A stretch of 64,000 bases of DNA from an uncultured Desulfobulbaceae bacterium. Its GTDB lineage: Bacteria; Desulfobacterota; Desulfobulbia; Desulfobulbales; CALZHT01. Below, piece after piece: positions 49,988-60,044 of this stretch. The stretch's first letter is position 1; every line of letters starts with the position of its first letter. The position numbers and the translations under genes were made by a program. The stretch covers positions 2,398-66,397 of the forward strand of contig CALZHT010000024.1 of NCBI GenBank assembly GCA_945787445.1, in the 5' to 3' direction. The notes under the pieces were generated by a model, which worked only from the letters and a program-made list of their open reading frames with translations, did not search any database and was not told the DNA's origin.

Positions 49988-52639
49988 TCAGCGGTTAAGC
50001 CTCCAATCATAAGGCGTGTGGTGCACTTTCAACTGATCCGTATTTGTATGCAGCCACTCTTTTTTTTCGGCATTATAAAGATACCCGGCAATAAACCTGA
50101 GGAGTTCTGGTTGGGTTTTGTCAAAATCAGAACTGTACCATTTGAATATCATAGAAATATCAACTTTTTTTTCTTTTCGGTTGATTTTGGTAGTGGCATT
50201 GATGAATACCTGGGCCGAGGCGTCGAGCTGTCGGTCGAGATGTTCAGGCGTGTAAGTCTCAATGGGCGGGCAGGTGCGGCTGGCGCAGACCAGAGCAAAG
50301 TGGATCCTCGGGTCCGGCTGCTGCACCCTGAAGGCAAGGCGTGGATCGGCAGCTTTGAATCGTCTATGCCACCGGTAGGGCGGCACTCCATTGCCGCGTA
50401 AAATACCATGCTCAATATCGCTAAGGGTGTAAAGATGATTGCCGATGGTGTACTGGACCCGCTCGAAAAACAACGGCACCTCCTTGACCGATTCGTTAAT
50501 TCCCAATTCGATAACACCGTGGATGACCAGAGCGTTAAATACGTTGGCCCAGAAAGCGATGCGAGCTTTGTCATCTGCCAGGGAGGATGGATCAAAATGT
50601 TTGAGGCAGGCCACGGCCCGTTGAAAATTGCGATAATAGTCGGAATGGCGGATGAGGGGGTAATCGATGCGTTGGCGATGGCCGTCATAAAACTGGCCGC
50701 GCAAGACATTCATGATCCTTTTGACTTCTTGACCGGGATCTTCTATAGCGGTTGTCTCTTCGTGAGACATATCAGGGCTGAGATTTCTGATTCGCAAAAG
50801 GAGCCTGGCCTTTTCCATAATCGGAATGGGCGGCGGCACCGGTTTTTCCCGCCTGGCATCAATATATTCAAGCACAGTTATGGCATAGCCGATGTGGGAG
50901 AAGGCCTGGGGAAAGTTGCCGGTAATTTCCTGAAACGTCGTATCATATTCTTCGCCGAATAGACCGAGATGGTTGGCATAGTTGTCAACCCGGCGCAGAT
51001 ATCCTTCCACCTCGTCAAAGCGTTTCTGGCGGATGAGACAGCGCAGATACCAGAACAAGCAGATGAGCCAGCCATGCTCCCGGCCGGGCAGGCCATCGTC
51101 GTTCTTGTAACGCAATGGAATGCCGCCAATGAGTAACTCTTTTTCAATTGCCTCGATGGTGCCTGCCATTCTCGGATCGTCGGCCGGCAGGAATCCAACC
51201 AGTGGAATGAGTAAGAGGGCGGCATCCACCTCGTTCGTTTCATAATGCTGGGTAAAAGTGTTGCGCCTGGAATTAAAGCCATTTTTCAGGATGTCTTCCC
51301 TGACCATCTCCCGTTCCTGCTTCCATTTATCGAGATCAGCCGGAAATCCGTAATGTTCGGCAATTTTGATGCCACGGTCAAGGGCAACCCAACACATCAC
51401 CTTTGAATGAGTAACATGGTGCGGCCCGGTTCTGAGTTCCCAGATGCCATTGTCTTTGTCGCGCCAGATTGTAACTACATGGTCAACCTGCCGCCTGACA
51501 AAGATCCAGTAGTCAGGATCAATTTTACCCACCAGCCGCGACATGGAGAAGATCATTTCCAGAAATTCACCATATATATCATGCTGATGCTGGCCGATGT
51601 TAAATTGTCCGGTCAGGACCGGACGTGAACCTTTATAACCCTTGAGATGTTCAAGCTGGTTTTCGCCATCGGGCGGAAGGGGCTCGCGAAGTTTATAGAG
51701 TACCTCAAAATGTGCTCCGCCCTCTCCTTTGGCGAGCTGTTTTACCCAGTCGAGATAGAGAGATACCTCCTGGATATGACCCAGCTCATAGAGGGCGGCC
51801 AAGGTCATGCTGGTGTCACGCACCCAGCTGAAGCGATAATCCCAGTTGCGTTGGCCGTAAACAATGGTGGGCAGGGAACAGGAAGCGGCAGCGGCAATGG
51901 CGCCGGTGTCCCTGAACTGGAGAAGCTTGAGCACCAAGGCGGAGCGGTCGAGTCCATCCTGCCAGAAGCCGTGCAACGGATATTTGCCGGTTTCCTGGGC
52001 CCGGGTCCATTCCAGCCAATATTTTTTTGTAGCGTTTAATAATTCCTGCAGAGCAGAAGGGGGCAGGCGCACATTTTTCTCGCCGTAGGTAGTGGAGAGC
52101 CATATTGTCTCATCCTGATTCAGAATGAAAATGGCCTGCTCGTTATGCCAGTCAAGATCTTTACTGCTGTAAAGAAAGAGAGTGTACTCATCTGCCTTTA
52201 TTTTGAATCCACCACCGGTAATGGGATGCCAGTCAGGAGCCAATCTGCCGTATTCGAACCGTGGGGAGCATTGGACCACCAAACGAATCCGACCTTTTAT
52301 CCCTCTAATACAGCGGATTAAACGGGTGGCGTTGGCAGGATCTTGTTCCGCTTCAGGCCCGGCGGCCATGAAATCGATGAGTTCCGCTTCGCCGTTTACG
52401 GTTCGGAATGTAGTAGAAAGGATATTTGTTCTGGGAATGTAGGTCTGTGCAGAATCCCATGGATCGGTAGGCTGAACCAGGAAACTCCCTCCTTTGTCAT
52501 CATCCAGGATAGCTCCAAACACTGATGATGAGTCGAGATACGGGAAGCACATCCAGTCAACCGCACCGTCATTGCCGACCAAAGCCAAGGTAAGACCATT
52601 GCCGATAATGCCGTATTCGCCGATTTTTTTAAAAGCCAT
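49988..52639 (-). CDS. Glycoside hydrolase family 15 (trehalase/glucoamylase-like) fused to a C-terminal DUF547 domain
   Basis: N-terminus GIIGNGLTLALVGNDGAVDWMCFPYLDSSSVFGAILD matches the GH15 N-domain. The (α/α)6 catalytic region is followed by an extra ~280 aa (DUF547-like HFALVCASRTCP). Confidence 0.7.
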   Translation of the reverse strand: MAFKKIGEYGIIGNGLTLALVGNDGAVDWMCFPYLDSSSVFGAILDDDKGGSFLVQPTDPWDSAQTYIPRTNILSTTFRTVNGEAELIDFMAAGPEAEQDPANATRLIRCIRGIKGRIRLVVQCSPRFEYGRLAPDWHPITGGGFKIKADEYTLFLYSSKDLDWHNEQAIFILNQDETIWLSTTYGEKNVRLPPSALQELLNATKKYWLEWTRAQETGKYPLHGFWQDGLDRSALVLKLLQFRDTGAIAAAASCSLPTIVYGQRNWDYRFSWVRDTSMTLAALYELGHIQEVSLYLDWVKQLAKGEGGAHFEVLYKLREPLPPDGENQLEHLKGYKGSRPVLTGQFNIGQHQHDIYGEFLEMIFSMSRLVGKIDPDYWIFVRRQVDHVVTIWRDKDNGIWELRTGPHHVTHSKVMCWVALDRGIKIAEHYGFPADLDKWKQEREMVREDILKNGFNSRRNTFTQHYETNEVDAALLLIPLVGFLPADDPRMAGTIEAIEKELLIGGIPLRYKNDDGLPGREHGWLICLFWYLRCLIRQKRFDEVEGYLRRVDNYANHLGLFGEEYDTTFQEITGNFPQAFSHIGYAITVLEYIDARREKPVPPPIPIMEKARLLLRIRNLSPDMSHEETTAIEDPGQEVKRIMNVLRGQFYDGHRQRIDYPLIRHSDYYRNFQRAVACLKHFDPSSLADDKARIAFWANVFNALVIHGVIELGINESVKEVPLFFERVQYTIGNHLYTLSDIEHGILRGNGVPPYRWHRRFKAADPRLAFRVQQPDPRIHFALVCASRTCPPIETYTPEHLDRQLDASAQVFINATTKINRKEKKVDISMIFKWYSSDFDKTQPELLRFIAGYLYNAEKKEWLHTNTDQLKVHHTPYDWRLNR

Positions 52640-52926
52640 GCTTCATTACGCCTTTTTCACTGTTGTAAATTTTCGTAACAGCTTGATATGATTTTTCTAT
52701 GCTTCCAGCCAGTATATCCAAAAATATACGAGAATATTATGAAAATCAAAAAATGGTTCGTTATTCCGTTTTTAAATATTAATAATTTTTCTCAAGTAGT
52801 GGTCTTGACATCGATATTTTTTTTGTGGTGCAATGACAAAACATTCCAAGACTACTGGTATAAACATATTAGAAATGTCTTAAGCATAGTAACAATATAT
52901 ATTCTAAGATTTGCAAGGAGGGGAGT

Positions 52927-53211
52927 ATGGCCAAGGCGATATGGAACAATGCGGTGCTGGCTGAGAGTGCCCATACAATTGTAGTTGAGGGCAATCATTA
53001 TTTTCCGCCGGACTCCGTCAGCCGGCAGTTTTTCAAGGAAAGCGATACCCATAGCACCTGTCCCTGGAAAGGGGAGGCAAGTTATTACCATATTGAGGTT
53101 GCAGGCCAGACCAATGAGGACGCAGCCTGGTACTATCCTGAACCAAAAGAGGCGGCCGCCCAGATCAAGAACCATATAGCCTTCTGGAAAGGTGTAAAGG
53201 TGGAGGGGTAA
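52927..53211 (+). CDS. DUF427 domain protein
   Basis: 94 aa (…CPWKGEASYY…DAAWYYPEP…) behind a strong aggaggggagt RBS. First gene of the ergothioneine-type operon. Confidence 0.6.
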   Translation: MAKAIWNNAVLAESAHTIVVEGNHYFPPDSVSRQFFKESDTHSTCPWKGEASYYHIEVAGQTNEDAAWYYPEPKEAAAQIKNHIAFWKGVKVEG

Positions 53212-53218
53212 TTCTCTT

Positions 53219-54313
53219 ATGCATGTCAATAACTGTATGCAGCACCATGATCTGGTGCATGCTTTTCAAGATGCCCTGGCCGAGAATTCCAGTCTGCTTC
53301 TGCGCAGATCACATGGCAACAATCCCGGCCATGATTTTGCCCTCTCCGTTGTCAAGGGTCTTGCCAAAATACCACGCCAACTCGATTGCCGCTTTCTCTA
53401 TGATGCCCATGGCAGCGAGCTGTATGAAAAGATCTGCCGGCAGCCTGAATATTATCCAACCCGGACAGAGGCTTCAATTCTCCGCCGGTTTGCCAAAGAG
53501 ATCAGGAGGATTACCGGACCGGTAACCCTTATCGAACTGGGCTCGGGCAGTTCGGTAAAAACCGACCATCTGCTTGCCGCCTATCTGGAGAAAGATCCCT
53601 CCGCATGTTACGTTCCCATTGATGTCAGCGAGACCGCTCTGCAACAGGCCGGGCATGCCATCACCGCGCAACGGCCCAATGTGCAGTTTATCGGCATCCA
53701 CGGCACCTATCATGACGGTTTCCCATTGGTCAACTGCGCCACTCCTGCCATGGTAATTTTTCTGGGCAGCACCATCGGTAATTTTACCGAGCAGGATACC
53801 GGTATCTTCCTCCAGTGGCTGTGGGACCATCTTGCCCCTGATGATTATTTTCTGCTGGGCATTGACCTGGTCAAAGACACTCATTTGTTGGAGGCGGCAT
53901 ATAACGATGGAGCAGGGGTGACCGCATCCTTTACAGAAAATTATTTTGCCAGGATGAATCGGGAACTCAAGAGCGGTATCGATATGGACGCTGTAGCGCA
54001 TTATGCTTTTTTTAATGAAAAGAAAAGTCAAGTTGAGATCTATGGGCACTTCAACCGTCCCCAAACCATCCATGTTGCCAAGTTCAATAAAAATTTTGCT
54101 GTGGAACGCGATGAAAAAATCCTGGTTGAAATCAGCCGCAAATTCAAGCTTAATGAGTTCATTCCTTATCTCGAGTCCCTTGGTTATGCATTGCGAAGGG
54201 GCTTCACCGACGAAAAAAAATGGTTCGCCCTCCTGCTCCTGCAGAAATCGGATACGCTAGTTAGAATTAATGACCGTAAGAACTCGAGACAGTATCGACC
54301 CAAGGAATCATAA
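53219..54313 (+). CDS. EgtD-like histidine N-alpha-methyltransferase (Methyltransf_33 family)
   Basis: EYYPTRTE...IL, LIELGSGSSVKT (SAM motif I), YVPIDVS and FLGSTIGNF motifs in EgtD order. Confidence 0.7.
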   Translation: MHVNNCMQHHDLVHAFQDALAENSSLLLRRSHGNNPGHDFALSVVKGLAKIPRQLDCRFLYDAHGSELYEKICRQPEYYPTRTEASILRRFAKEIRRITGPVTLIELGSGSSVKTDHLLAAYLEKDPSACYVPIDVSETALQQAGHAITAQRPNVQFIGIHGTYHDGFPLVNCATPAMVIFLGSTIGNFTEQDTGIFLQWLWDHLAPDDYFLLGIDLVKDTHLLEAAYNDGAGVTASFTENYFARMNRELKSGIDMDAVAHYAFFNEKKSQVEIYGHFNRPQTIHVAKFNKNFAVERDEKILVEISRKFKLNEFIPYLESLGYALRRGFTDEKKWFALLLLQKSDTLVRINDRKNSRQYRPKES

Positions 54314-54316
54314 CCT

Positions 54317-57300
54317 ATGGGGCTAAACTCGACCAGAGACGGACTTTGCGGCATATGTCCGGCAGGTTGCTGGGTCCGGGCCCATCTTGTTGATGAACGC
54401 ATTGTCAAAGTGGAAGCGCTTCCCGGTCACAGCTTAGGTATGATCTGCCGGCGGGGAATCCATTCTCCTGAAATCATCTATGATCCGAACAGGTTGAAGA
54501 CACCACTCAAAAGGCGAGGTCCCAGGGGCACCCATGAATTTGAATCCATCTCTTGGGATGATGCCTTCGGGATTATCGTTGAAAAACTACAGGCTCTCAA
54601 AAAAACAATGGGACCGGAATCAACCGCAATCTACACGGGCCGTGGCAGTTTCGACATGGCCATGTGCGATTTTTTCCAACCCCGGGATGTTGCGGTTTCC
54701 TCCGCCTCCAGTGTTTTGTTTCCATTCGGCTCCCCCAACACTCTGGGGGTAGGTGCTCTCTGTTATGTCTCTTTTGCCATGATCGCACCACATGTGACCA
54801 TGGGTGAGATGCTGATCACCATGGATATGGATATCGAACAGGCCGAATTCATTGTCATCTGGGGCGCCAATCCTGCCACTGATTCCCCGCCTTTGGCGCA
54901 CCGCCAGATCCTGCAGGCCAGGCAGCGCGGCGCCAGAATTGTTGCCATTGATCCGTATCGCAACCAAACTGCACGGGAGACCGAAGCAGATTGGGTACCG
55001 GTGCGGCCGGGTACGGACGGCGCTCTGGCTTTGGCCATGATTCAGGTCCTCATTGAGGAAGAGTTGTATGATGAGGAATTTGTTAATAACTGGACCATAG
55101 GATTTGACGAACTCAGCCGAATGACCCAACATTACCGGCCTGAGGTGGTTGAATCCATCACCAGTGTCCCGGAAGAAACTATCCGCAAACTGGCCCGGGA
55201 CCTTGCCGCGGCGAGGGGCGCCTGCCCGGTCATGTACACAGGTCTGGAATATTCGGACAGCGGCGTGCAAGCCATCCGGGCCGTATTTGTGCTCTGGGGC
55301 CTGGCCGGGCAGCTTGATGTGCCGGGCGGTTTACTCTTTCGCATGAAGGAGAATATATTTCCGCAGAACAGAAAGGGACTCCTTGCCAATCCTGACGTGC
55401 GCAAGGCCCTGGGTCGGGACCGCTTTCCGGTCTATAGCATGTACCGGGGCGAATCCCATGCCATTGGACTGCCAGATGCCGTGCTCAACGGAGATCCTTA
55501 TGCCATCCGGGCCCTTATTATCCTGGGTGGTTCCATCTGCACCTCCTGGCCCAACCCGGCCCTGTGGAAAAAAACCTTGAAAGCCCTTGATTTTCTGGTG
55601 TGCATCGACCGCTACCATACAGCAGATTCAGCCTATGCCGACATTGTCCTTCCAGCCACTACCATGTATGAGATCACATCTTATATGCGGTACGGACCGC
55701 TTTTCAAGATTCGTGAAAAGATGATCGAACCGGTGGGAGAGGCGCGCAGTGATTTTCTCATCCTGGCCGAGCTGGCTGAATGGCTTGGCTACGGCCATCT
55801 GTATCCTCAAACCGAAGAGGACATCGTGGCAAAGGCGCTTGATGGCACCGGTTTCACTGTTGAGGAGGTGCGCAGGCAGGACGGTGCGGTTCAAATACCC
55901 CCGGTCATGTTGCAGTACAAAAAATGGGAAAAGGGTCAGCTCAGATATGACAAAAAACCGGGCTTCAATACCCCAACCGGTAAATTTGAGATTTCTTCCA
56001 CAATTTTGGAGGAGCATGGCTATGACCCCCTGCCGGTATACACCGAACCTGGGGAAGGCCCTTTGACCCGGCCGGACCTGGCAAGGAAATATCCCTTGAT
56101 TTTCAACTCCGGCACCCGCACCAACTATGATTTCCGCAGCCAACACCATGGGGTCAAGGGATTGGTTGAAAACCATCCAGATCCCCAGGTGACCATCAAC
56201 AGAAAAGATGCAAAAAAGAGAGGTATTTCGAACCGTGACTGGGTATGGGTGGAGACTACACGCGGCAGGGTAAAATTTCGAGCCATGGTCACCGATGATA
56301 TTGTCGAAGGTGCTGTTGACGCCAACATGGGCGGTGGCGGCCCGCTCGGCCCGCCATCCTGGCAGGACTGCAATGTCAACGAACTCACCGATCTCAAGCA
56401 CTGCGATCCCATCTCTGGTTTTCCTATCTTCAAGACCTTACTCTGCGAGGTAACAAAGATCGAGGGCCAGCACGTAGATGTGGTCCGTAGCATGCAGGTT
56501 GATGAAGAGACCGAGCCTGTTACGTTTGGACCAATTCCCAAGGCATCGACCCGCAGGGTCTACCTAGACCATAACGCCACCACCCCGATTGATCCGGAGG
56601 TGACCGAAGCAATGCTTCCCTTCCTGCAGAAAGAGTGGGGCAACCCTTCCTCCATCCACAGTTTGGGCAATCAGGCGCACACCCAGATGGAGGCCGCCCG
56701 CCGTAAAGTGGCGCAAGCATTGAATTGCACGGCCAGGCGTGTGCTTTTCACCAGCGGCGGCTCCGAAGCCAATAACCTGGTCATCCAGGGTGTGGTGCAC
56801 AGCCATAAGGGTAGGTGCCATCTCATTACCTCTTCTGTGGAACACCCGGCAGTGCTTGCCACCTTCAGGGCCATGGAGAAGATGGGCAGCGAGATAACAG
56901 TGCTTTCCGTTGATAAAGGAGGGAGAGTGTCGCCGGATGACCTTCGCAGGGCTATTCAAGCAAACACCGCCCTGGTCAGTATTATGTATGCCAACAATGA
57001 GACCGGCACCATCGAGCCTATTCAGGAGCTGGCTTGCATTACCCATGAACATGGCATCCTCTTTCATACCGATGCGGTGCAGGCATTGGGCAAGGTACCG
57101 CTGGATGTGGATGAGCTTGGGGTGGATATGTTGTCGGTGTCAGCCCACAAAACCTATGGCCCAAAAGGGATAGGTGCGTTGTATGTCAGAAAAGGAGTGG
57201 AGCTGTCGCCGCTTATTTACGGCGGCGGCCAGGAACACGGCCTGCGCTCCGGCACCGAAAACGTGGCAGGTATCATTGGATTCGGCAAGGCTAGCGAACT

Positions 57301-57712
57301 GGCACAGCGATGGCTTAACCAGGGCGATATGAGGAGGGTAAAAAATTTGCGGGACCGATTGGAACAGGGAATCCTCTCTATAGTACCAAAGGCATTAAGT
57401 AACAGCCCTCCTAAATCTCGTCTGCCCAATACACTAAGTATGACTTTGACTGGAATTCGGGGAGAATCCCTGGTGTTGATGCTCGATCGCCTTGGAGTGT
57501 TTTTCTCTTCCGGTTCAGCCTGTAAATCGGGAAATCCCGCACCATCGGGCACTCTCCTTGCCATGGGTCTCACCGAAGAACAGGCCCATTGTACGATTAG
57601 GCTTTCGCTCGGGGTAGGAAATACAGAGGAGGATATTGACTATTCCCTGGAATGCCTGCGAGAGGTTTTAACAGATAAAGGCAAAGCAGTTCGTTTTAGC
57701 CCCTGCAGATAA
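54317..57712 (+). CDS. Fusion protein: N-terminal molybdo/tungstopterin bis-PGD oxidoreductase domain (~740 aa, with 4Fe-4S CxxCxxxC...C) plus C-terminal class-V PLP cysteine desulfurase (IscS/NifS-like). Metallopterin-dependent ergothioneine synthase-like architecture.
   Basis: CGICPAGCWVRAHL...C Fe-S cluster motif, then Mo-bisPGD domains. Desulfurase signatures follow: VYLDHNATTP, SAHKTYGPKGIGALYVRKG and the catalytic-loop SSGSACKSG. Start is 3 nt after the EgtD-like stop. Confidence 0.7.
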   Translation: MGLNSTRDGLCGICPAGCWVRAHLVDERIVKVEALPGHSLGMICRRGIHSPEIIYDPNRLKTPLKRRGPRGTHEFESISWDDAFGIIVEKLQALKKTMGPESTAIYTGRGSFDMAMCDFFQPRDVAVSSASSVLFPFGSPNTLGVGALCYVSFAMIAPHVTMGEMLITMDMDIEQAEFIVIWGANPATDSPPLAHRQILQARQRGARIVAIDPYRNQTARETEADWVPVRPGTDGALALAMIQVLIEEELYDEEFVNNWTIGFDELSRMTQHYRPEVVESITSVPEETIRKLARDLAAARGACPVMYTGLEYSDSGVQAIRAVFVLWGLAGQLDVPGGLLFRMKENIFPQNRKGLLANPDVRKALGRDRFPVYSMYRGESHAIGLPDAVLNGDPYAIRALIILGGSICTSWPNPALWKKTLKALDFLVCIDRYHTADSAYADIVLPATTMYEITSYMRYGPLFKIREKMIEPVGEARSDFLILAELAEWLGYGHLYPQTEEDIVAKALDGTGFTVEEVRRQDGAVQIPPVMLQYKKWEKGQLRYDKKPGFNTPTGKFEISSTILEEHGYDPLPVYTEPGEGPLTRPDLARKYPLIFNSGTRTNYDFRSQHHGVKGLVENHPDPQVTINRKDAKKRGISNRDWVWVETTRGRVKFRAMVTDDIVEGAVDANMGGGGPLGPPSWQDCNVNELTDLKHCDPISGFPIFKTLLCEVTKIEGQHVDVVRSMQVDEETEPVTFGPIPKASTRRVYLDHNATTPIDPEVTEAMLPFLQKEWGNPSSIHSLGNQAHTQMEAARRKVAQALNCTARRVLFTSGGSEANNLVIQGVVHSHKGRCHLITSSVEHPAVLATFRAMEKMGSEITVLSVDKGGRVSPDDLRRAIQANTALVSIMYANNETGTIEPIQELACITHEHGILFHTDAVQALGKVPLDVDELGVDMLSVSAHKTYGPKGIGALYVRKGVELSPLIYGGGQEHGLRSGTENVAGIIGFGKASELAQRWLNQGDMRRVKNLRDRLEQGILSIVPKALSNSPPKSRLPNTLSMTLTGIRGESLVLMLDRLGVFFSSGSACKSGNPAPSGTLLAMGLTEEQAHCTIRLSLGVGNTEEDIDYSLECLREVLTDKGKAVRFSPCR

Positions 57713-57864
57713 TGGGTTATAGCCCGTCACTTTTCCAGCTTGCCCGATTTTAGAGTTGACATCGTTGTTTATGTTATTCATATTGCCTAACATATTTTCA
57801 TGAAAGGTCTTAAAAGACATGGCGAATTACAGACATCAATTAACACAAATAGAAGGGGAGTAAA

Positions 57865-58434
57865 ATGAATCAACATCAGACATTAATTTACAAAATTTTC
57901 GTATTAATTTTGACAATCTTGCTTATGATCGGCTGCGCAACGCAGATCTCAAAACCTACAAGAGAACCGTTGCCTTCTAAGGTGCGGTTCGGAGAATTTA
58001 CCAATATCGAAATGAAAGCGGTGGGGATCAGTGAAACCTATGCAGAAGCCGAGGCTAACCAGAAAGCATTGCGAAAGATAGATGAGATACTATTCAATGA
58101 TATGAGAATGCTTTATCCCAACCTCAAACGGATTGAAAACGGTGAAGATTTTTCAAAAGCAAGCGACAAGACCTTGCAAATTACTCCAATTATTAAAGAA
58201 ATAAAATTCGTCGGCGGAGGAGCACGTTTTTGGGTTGGTGCTATGGCAGGGAGTTCAGCGGTTCTGATGGAGGCCATCTTTCGTGACGGTTCAAGCTCTG
58301 AAATTATTGCTGACCCGGAATTTATTCGGGTAGCAAACGCGTATTCTGGCGGATGGAGTATGGGAGTCACTGATAACAAAATGCTGGAAGACATTGCCAG
58401 GGATATTGTGAATTACGCTTCTGTAAATAAATAG
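57865..58434 (+). CDS. Lipoprotein of unknown function
   Basis: Lipobox LLMIGC. No recognised catalytic motif. Confidence 0.5.
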   Translation: MNQHQTLIYKIFVLILTILLMIGCATQISKPTREPLPSKVRFGEFTNIEMKAVGISETYAEAEANQKALRKIDEILFNDMRMLYPNLKRIENGEDFSKASDKTLQITPIIKEIKFVGGGARFWVGAMAGSSAVLMEAIFRDGSSSEIIADPEFIRVANAYSGGWSMGVTDNKMLEDIARDIVNYASVNK

Positions 58435-58629
58435 ATAGTTTATGAATTGGAAACAACATGTTCCAGCATCCTCCAAGTCTGCGACTTTCCGGATGGGAGC
58501 TAGATAGAAAAAGATAGGCTCAAGGCCATCGGAGAAATGTTGGATGGCCTTTAGCCTGATGATAAGAGCCTTTTTTTTCTTTGACTTCAGCACTGTAAGC
58601 AGTGAAAAAGGGGGAATTTTTTTTGAAAG

Positions 58630-59259
58630 ATGAAAACTACAGATAGGATTTCCCTCGTTATTGCCATATTCCTTCTAATTTTTCTTGTCCCGTTTGATTC
58701 TCTGGCTCTCAGGTGCGGCAACCGGCTGGTGAGCAAGGGTGACAGAAAAATCGAAGTGTTGGAGAAATGCGGCGAACCTGCATTGGTTGAAGAATGGCGG
58801 GAAGAACTTGAAATCTTCAAAGGCAGGAAAGGAAAAAAATTTAAAAGCATACGTAATTTGTATATAGAAGAATGGACATATAACTTCGGTTCGAAGCGAT
58901 TTCTGCAATTCCTGATATTCAAGAATGGTAGGCTGTATACGATAATCGAAGGCGAGAGAGGATACGATGGGGAGATTCCAGCGCTTTCAGACAAGACTCG
59001 ATGCGGAAAAATGCTGGACATAGGGGACAGGAAAATTGAAGTGCTTATCAAGTGCGGTGAACCTACTTTGAAAGATGTGCGGATTGAAGAGCGTGTGGAT
59101 GAAAGGTTTGATAAAGATAATAATATCCATGAAGATCGCACCGTAGAAGTAACTACCGAAGAGTGGTCCTATAACTTCGGACCCCATAGTTTTCTGCAAT
59201 TCATCAAGATCGAAAACGGCAGGGTAATAAGTATAGAACAGGGGGGGTATGGATTTTGA
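58630..59259 (+). CDS. Secreted DUF2845-like protein with two tandem repeats
   Basis: Two copies of RCG..L...GDRKIEVL.KCGEP...........W.YNFG...FLQF..I.NGR. Confidence 0.55.
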   Translation: MKTTDRISLVIAIFLLIFLVPFDSLALRCGNRLVSKGDRKIEVLEKCGEPALVEEWREELEIFKGRKGKKFKSIRNLYIEEWTYNFGSKRFLQFLIFKNGRLYTIIEGERGYDGEIPALSDKTRCGKMLDIGDRKIEVLIKCGEPTLKDVRIEERVDERFDKDNNIHEDRTVEVTTEEWSYNFGPHSFLQFIKIENGRVISIEQGGYGF

Positions 59260-59456
59260 CTCCTTTTCGTAACATCTTATCTCCATATATCTTTTCAGCA
59301 CAAAGAAAATTGTCATTTTTCCTTGCTCGGCCTTGACATGGAAGTTAATTGTTGCATTACAATAATTATATCGCAAACACAAACAGAAATGGAAAATATG
59401 CGGCATTTACTACCTGCTGTATATTTTGGTGATGAAACTGTAACAAAGGGTGGTTT

Positions 59457-59891
59457 ATGGAAATTAAAGATCCTAATGTGCATCAGAAATTGATTGAAAT
59501 GTGCGATTGCTATATGGAGACAGACCATATCCAGCAATTGAAGAGACTGGCCAATTCGGAGAGCAAGGATATTGATGAGGATGCGGTGAAATATCTTGCT
59601 CTTGCTCTTCTCCATGCCGTGTCTGAGAAGGCGAGAAAGCTTACTTTCAAGAAGAAGAAGGGGAAATACACCATATTATATGAAAACGACGGCAAGAACT
59701 CTCTGCCGATCCCTGCTCATGATATTATCGAAAAAATTTTCGCAAACTGCCGTTCCATTATGCACCTTGAAGAGGATAAGGGAAAGATGCCCTTGTCCTT
59801 AGGCCTCAAAAACGACAGCATAGAAGTGCAGATGAAAATTGAATTGAAAGGCGATGACGAAGCCTTGAAATTCAAAATGCCTGCGCTCTAA
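59457..59891 (+). CDS. Hypothetical protein
   Basis: 144-aa ORF with no motif recognised. Confidence 0.3.
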   Translation: MEIKDPNVHQKLIEMCDCYMETDHIQQLKRLANSESKDIDEDAVKYLALALLHAVSEKARKLTFKKKKGKYTILYENDGKNSLPIPAHDIIEKIFANCRSIMHLEEDKGKMPLSLGLKNDSIEVQMKIELKGDDEALKFKMPAL

Positions 59892-60044
59892 AAACAGGAC
59901 TGGAAAAGTCCAAGGGCTTCAGTGCTTTCCCGGCTTCTTATTTCAGATAACCTGATCACGGCAGATTTATAACTTATACCTACTTTAAAGAAGTGCCTAA
60001 AGTGCCTAAAGTCATGGTATTTATGCCCCCTTGCGGGGTGCTTT

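Noticed and set aside
54620-56401. Multiple 200-260-aa minus-strand ORFs inside the metallopterin/desulfurase fusion gene
   Set aside because: They are shadow ORFs of a high-GC coding region. The plus-strand frame has continuous, family-specific motifs.
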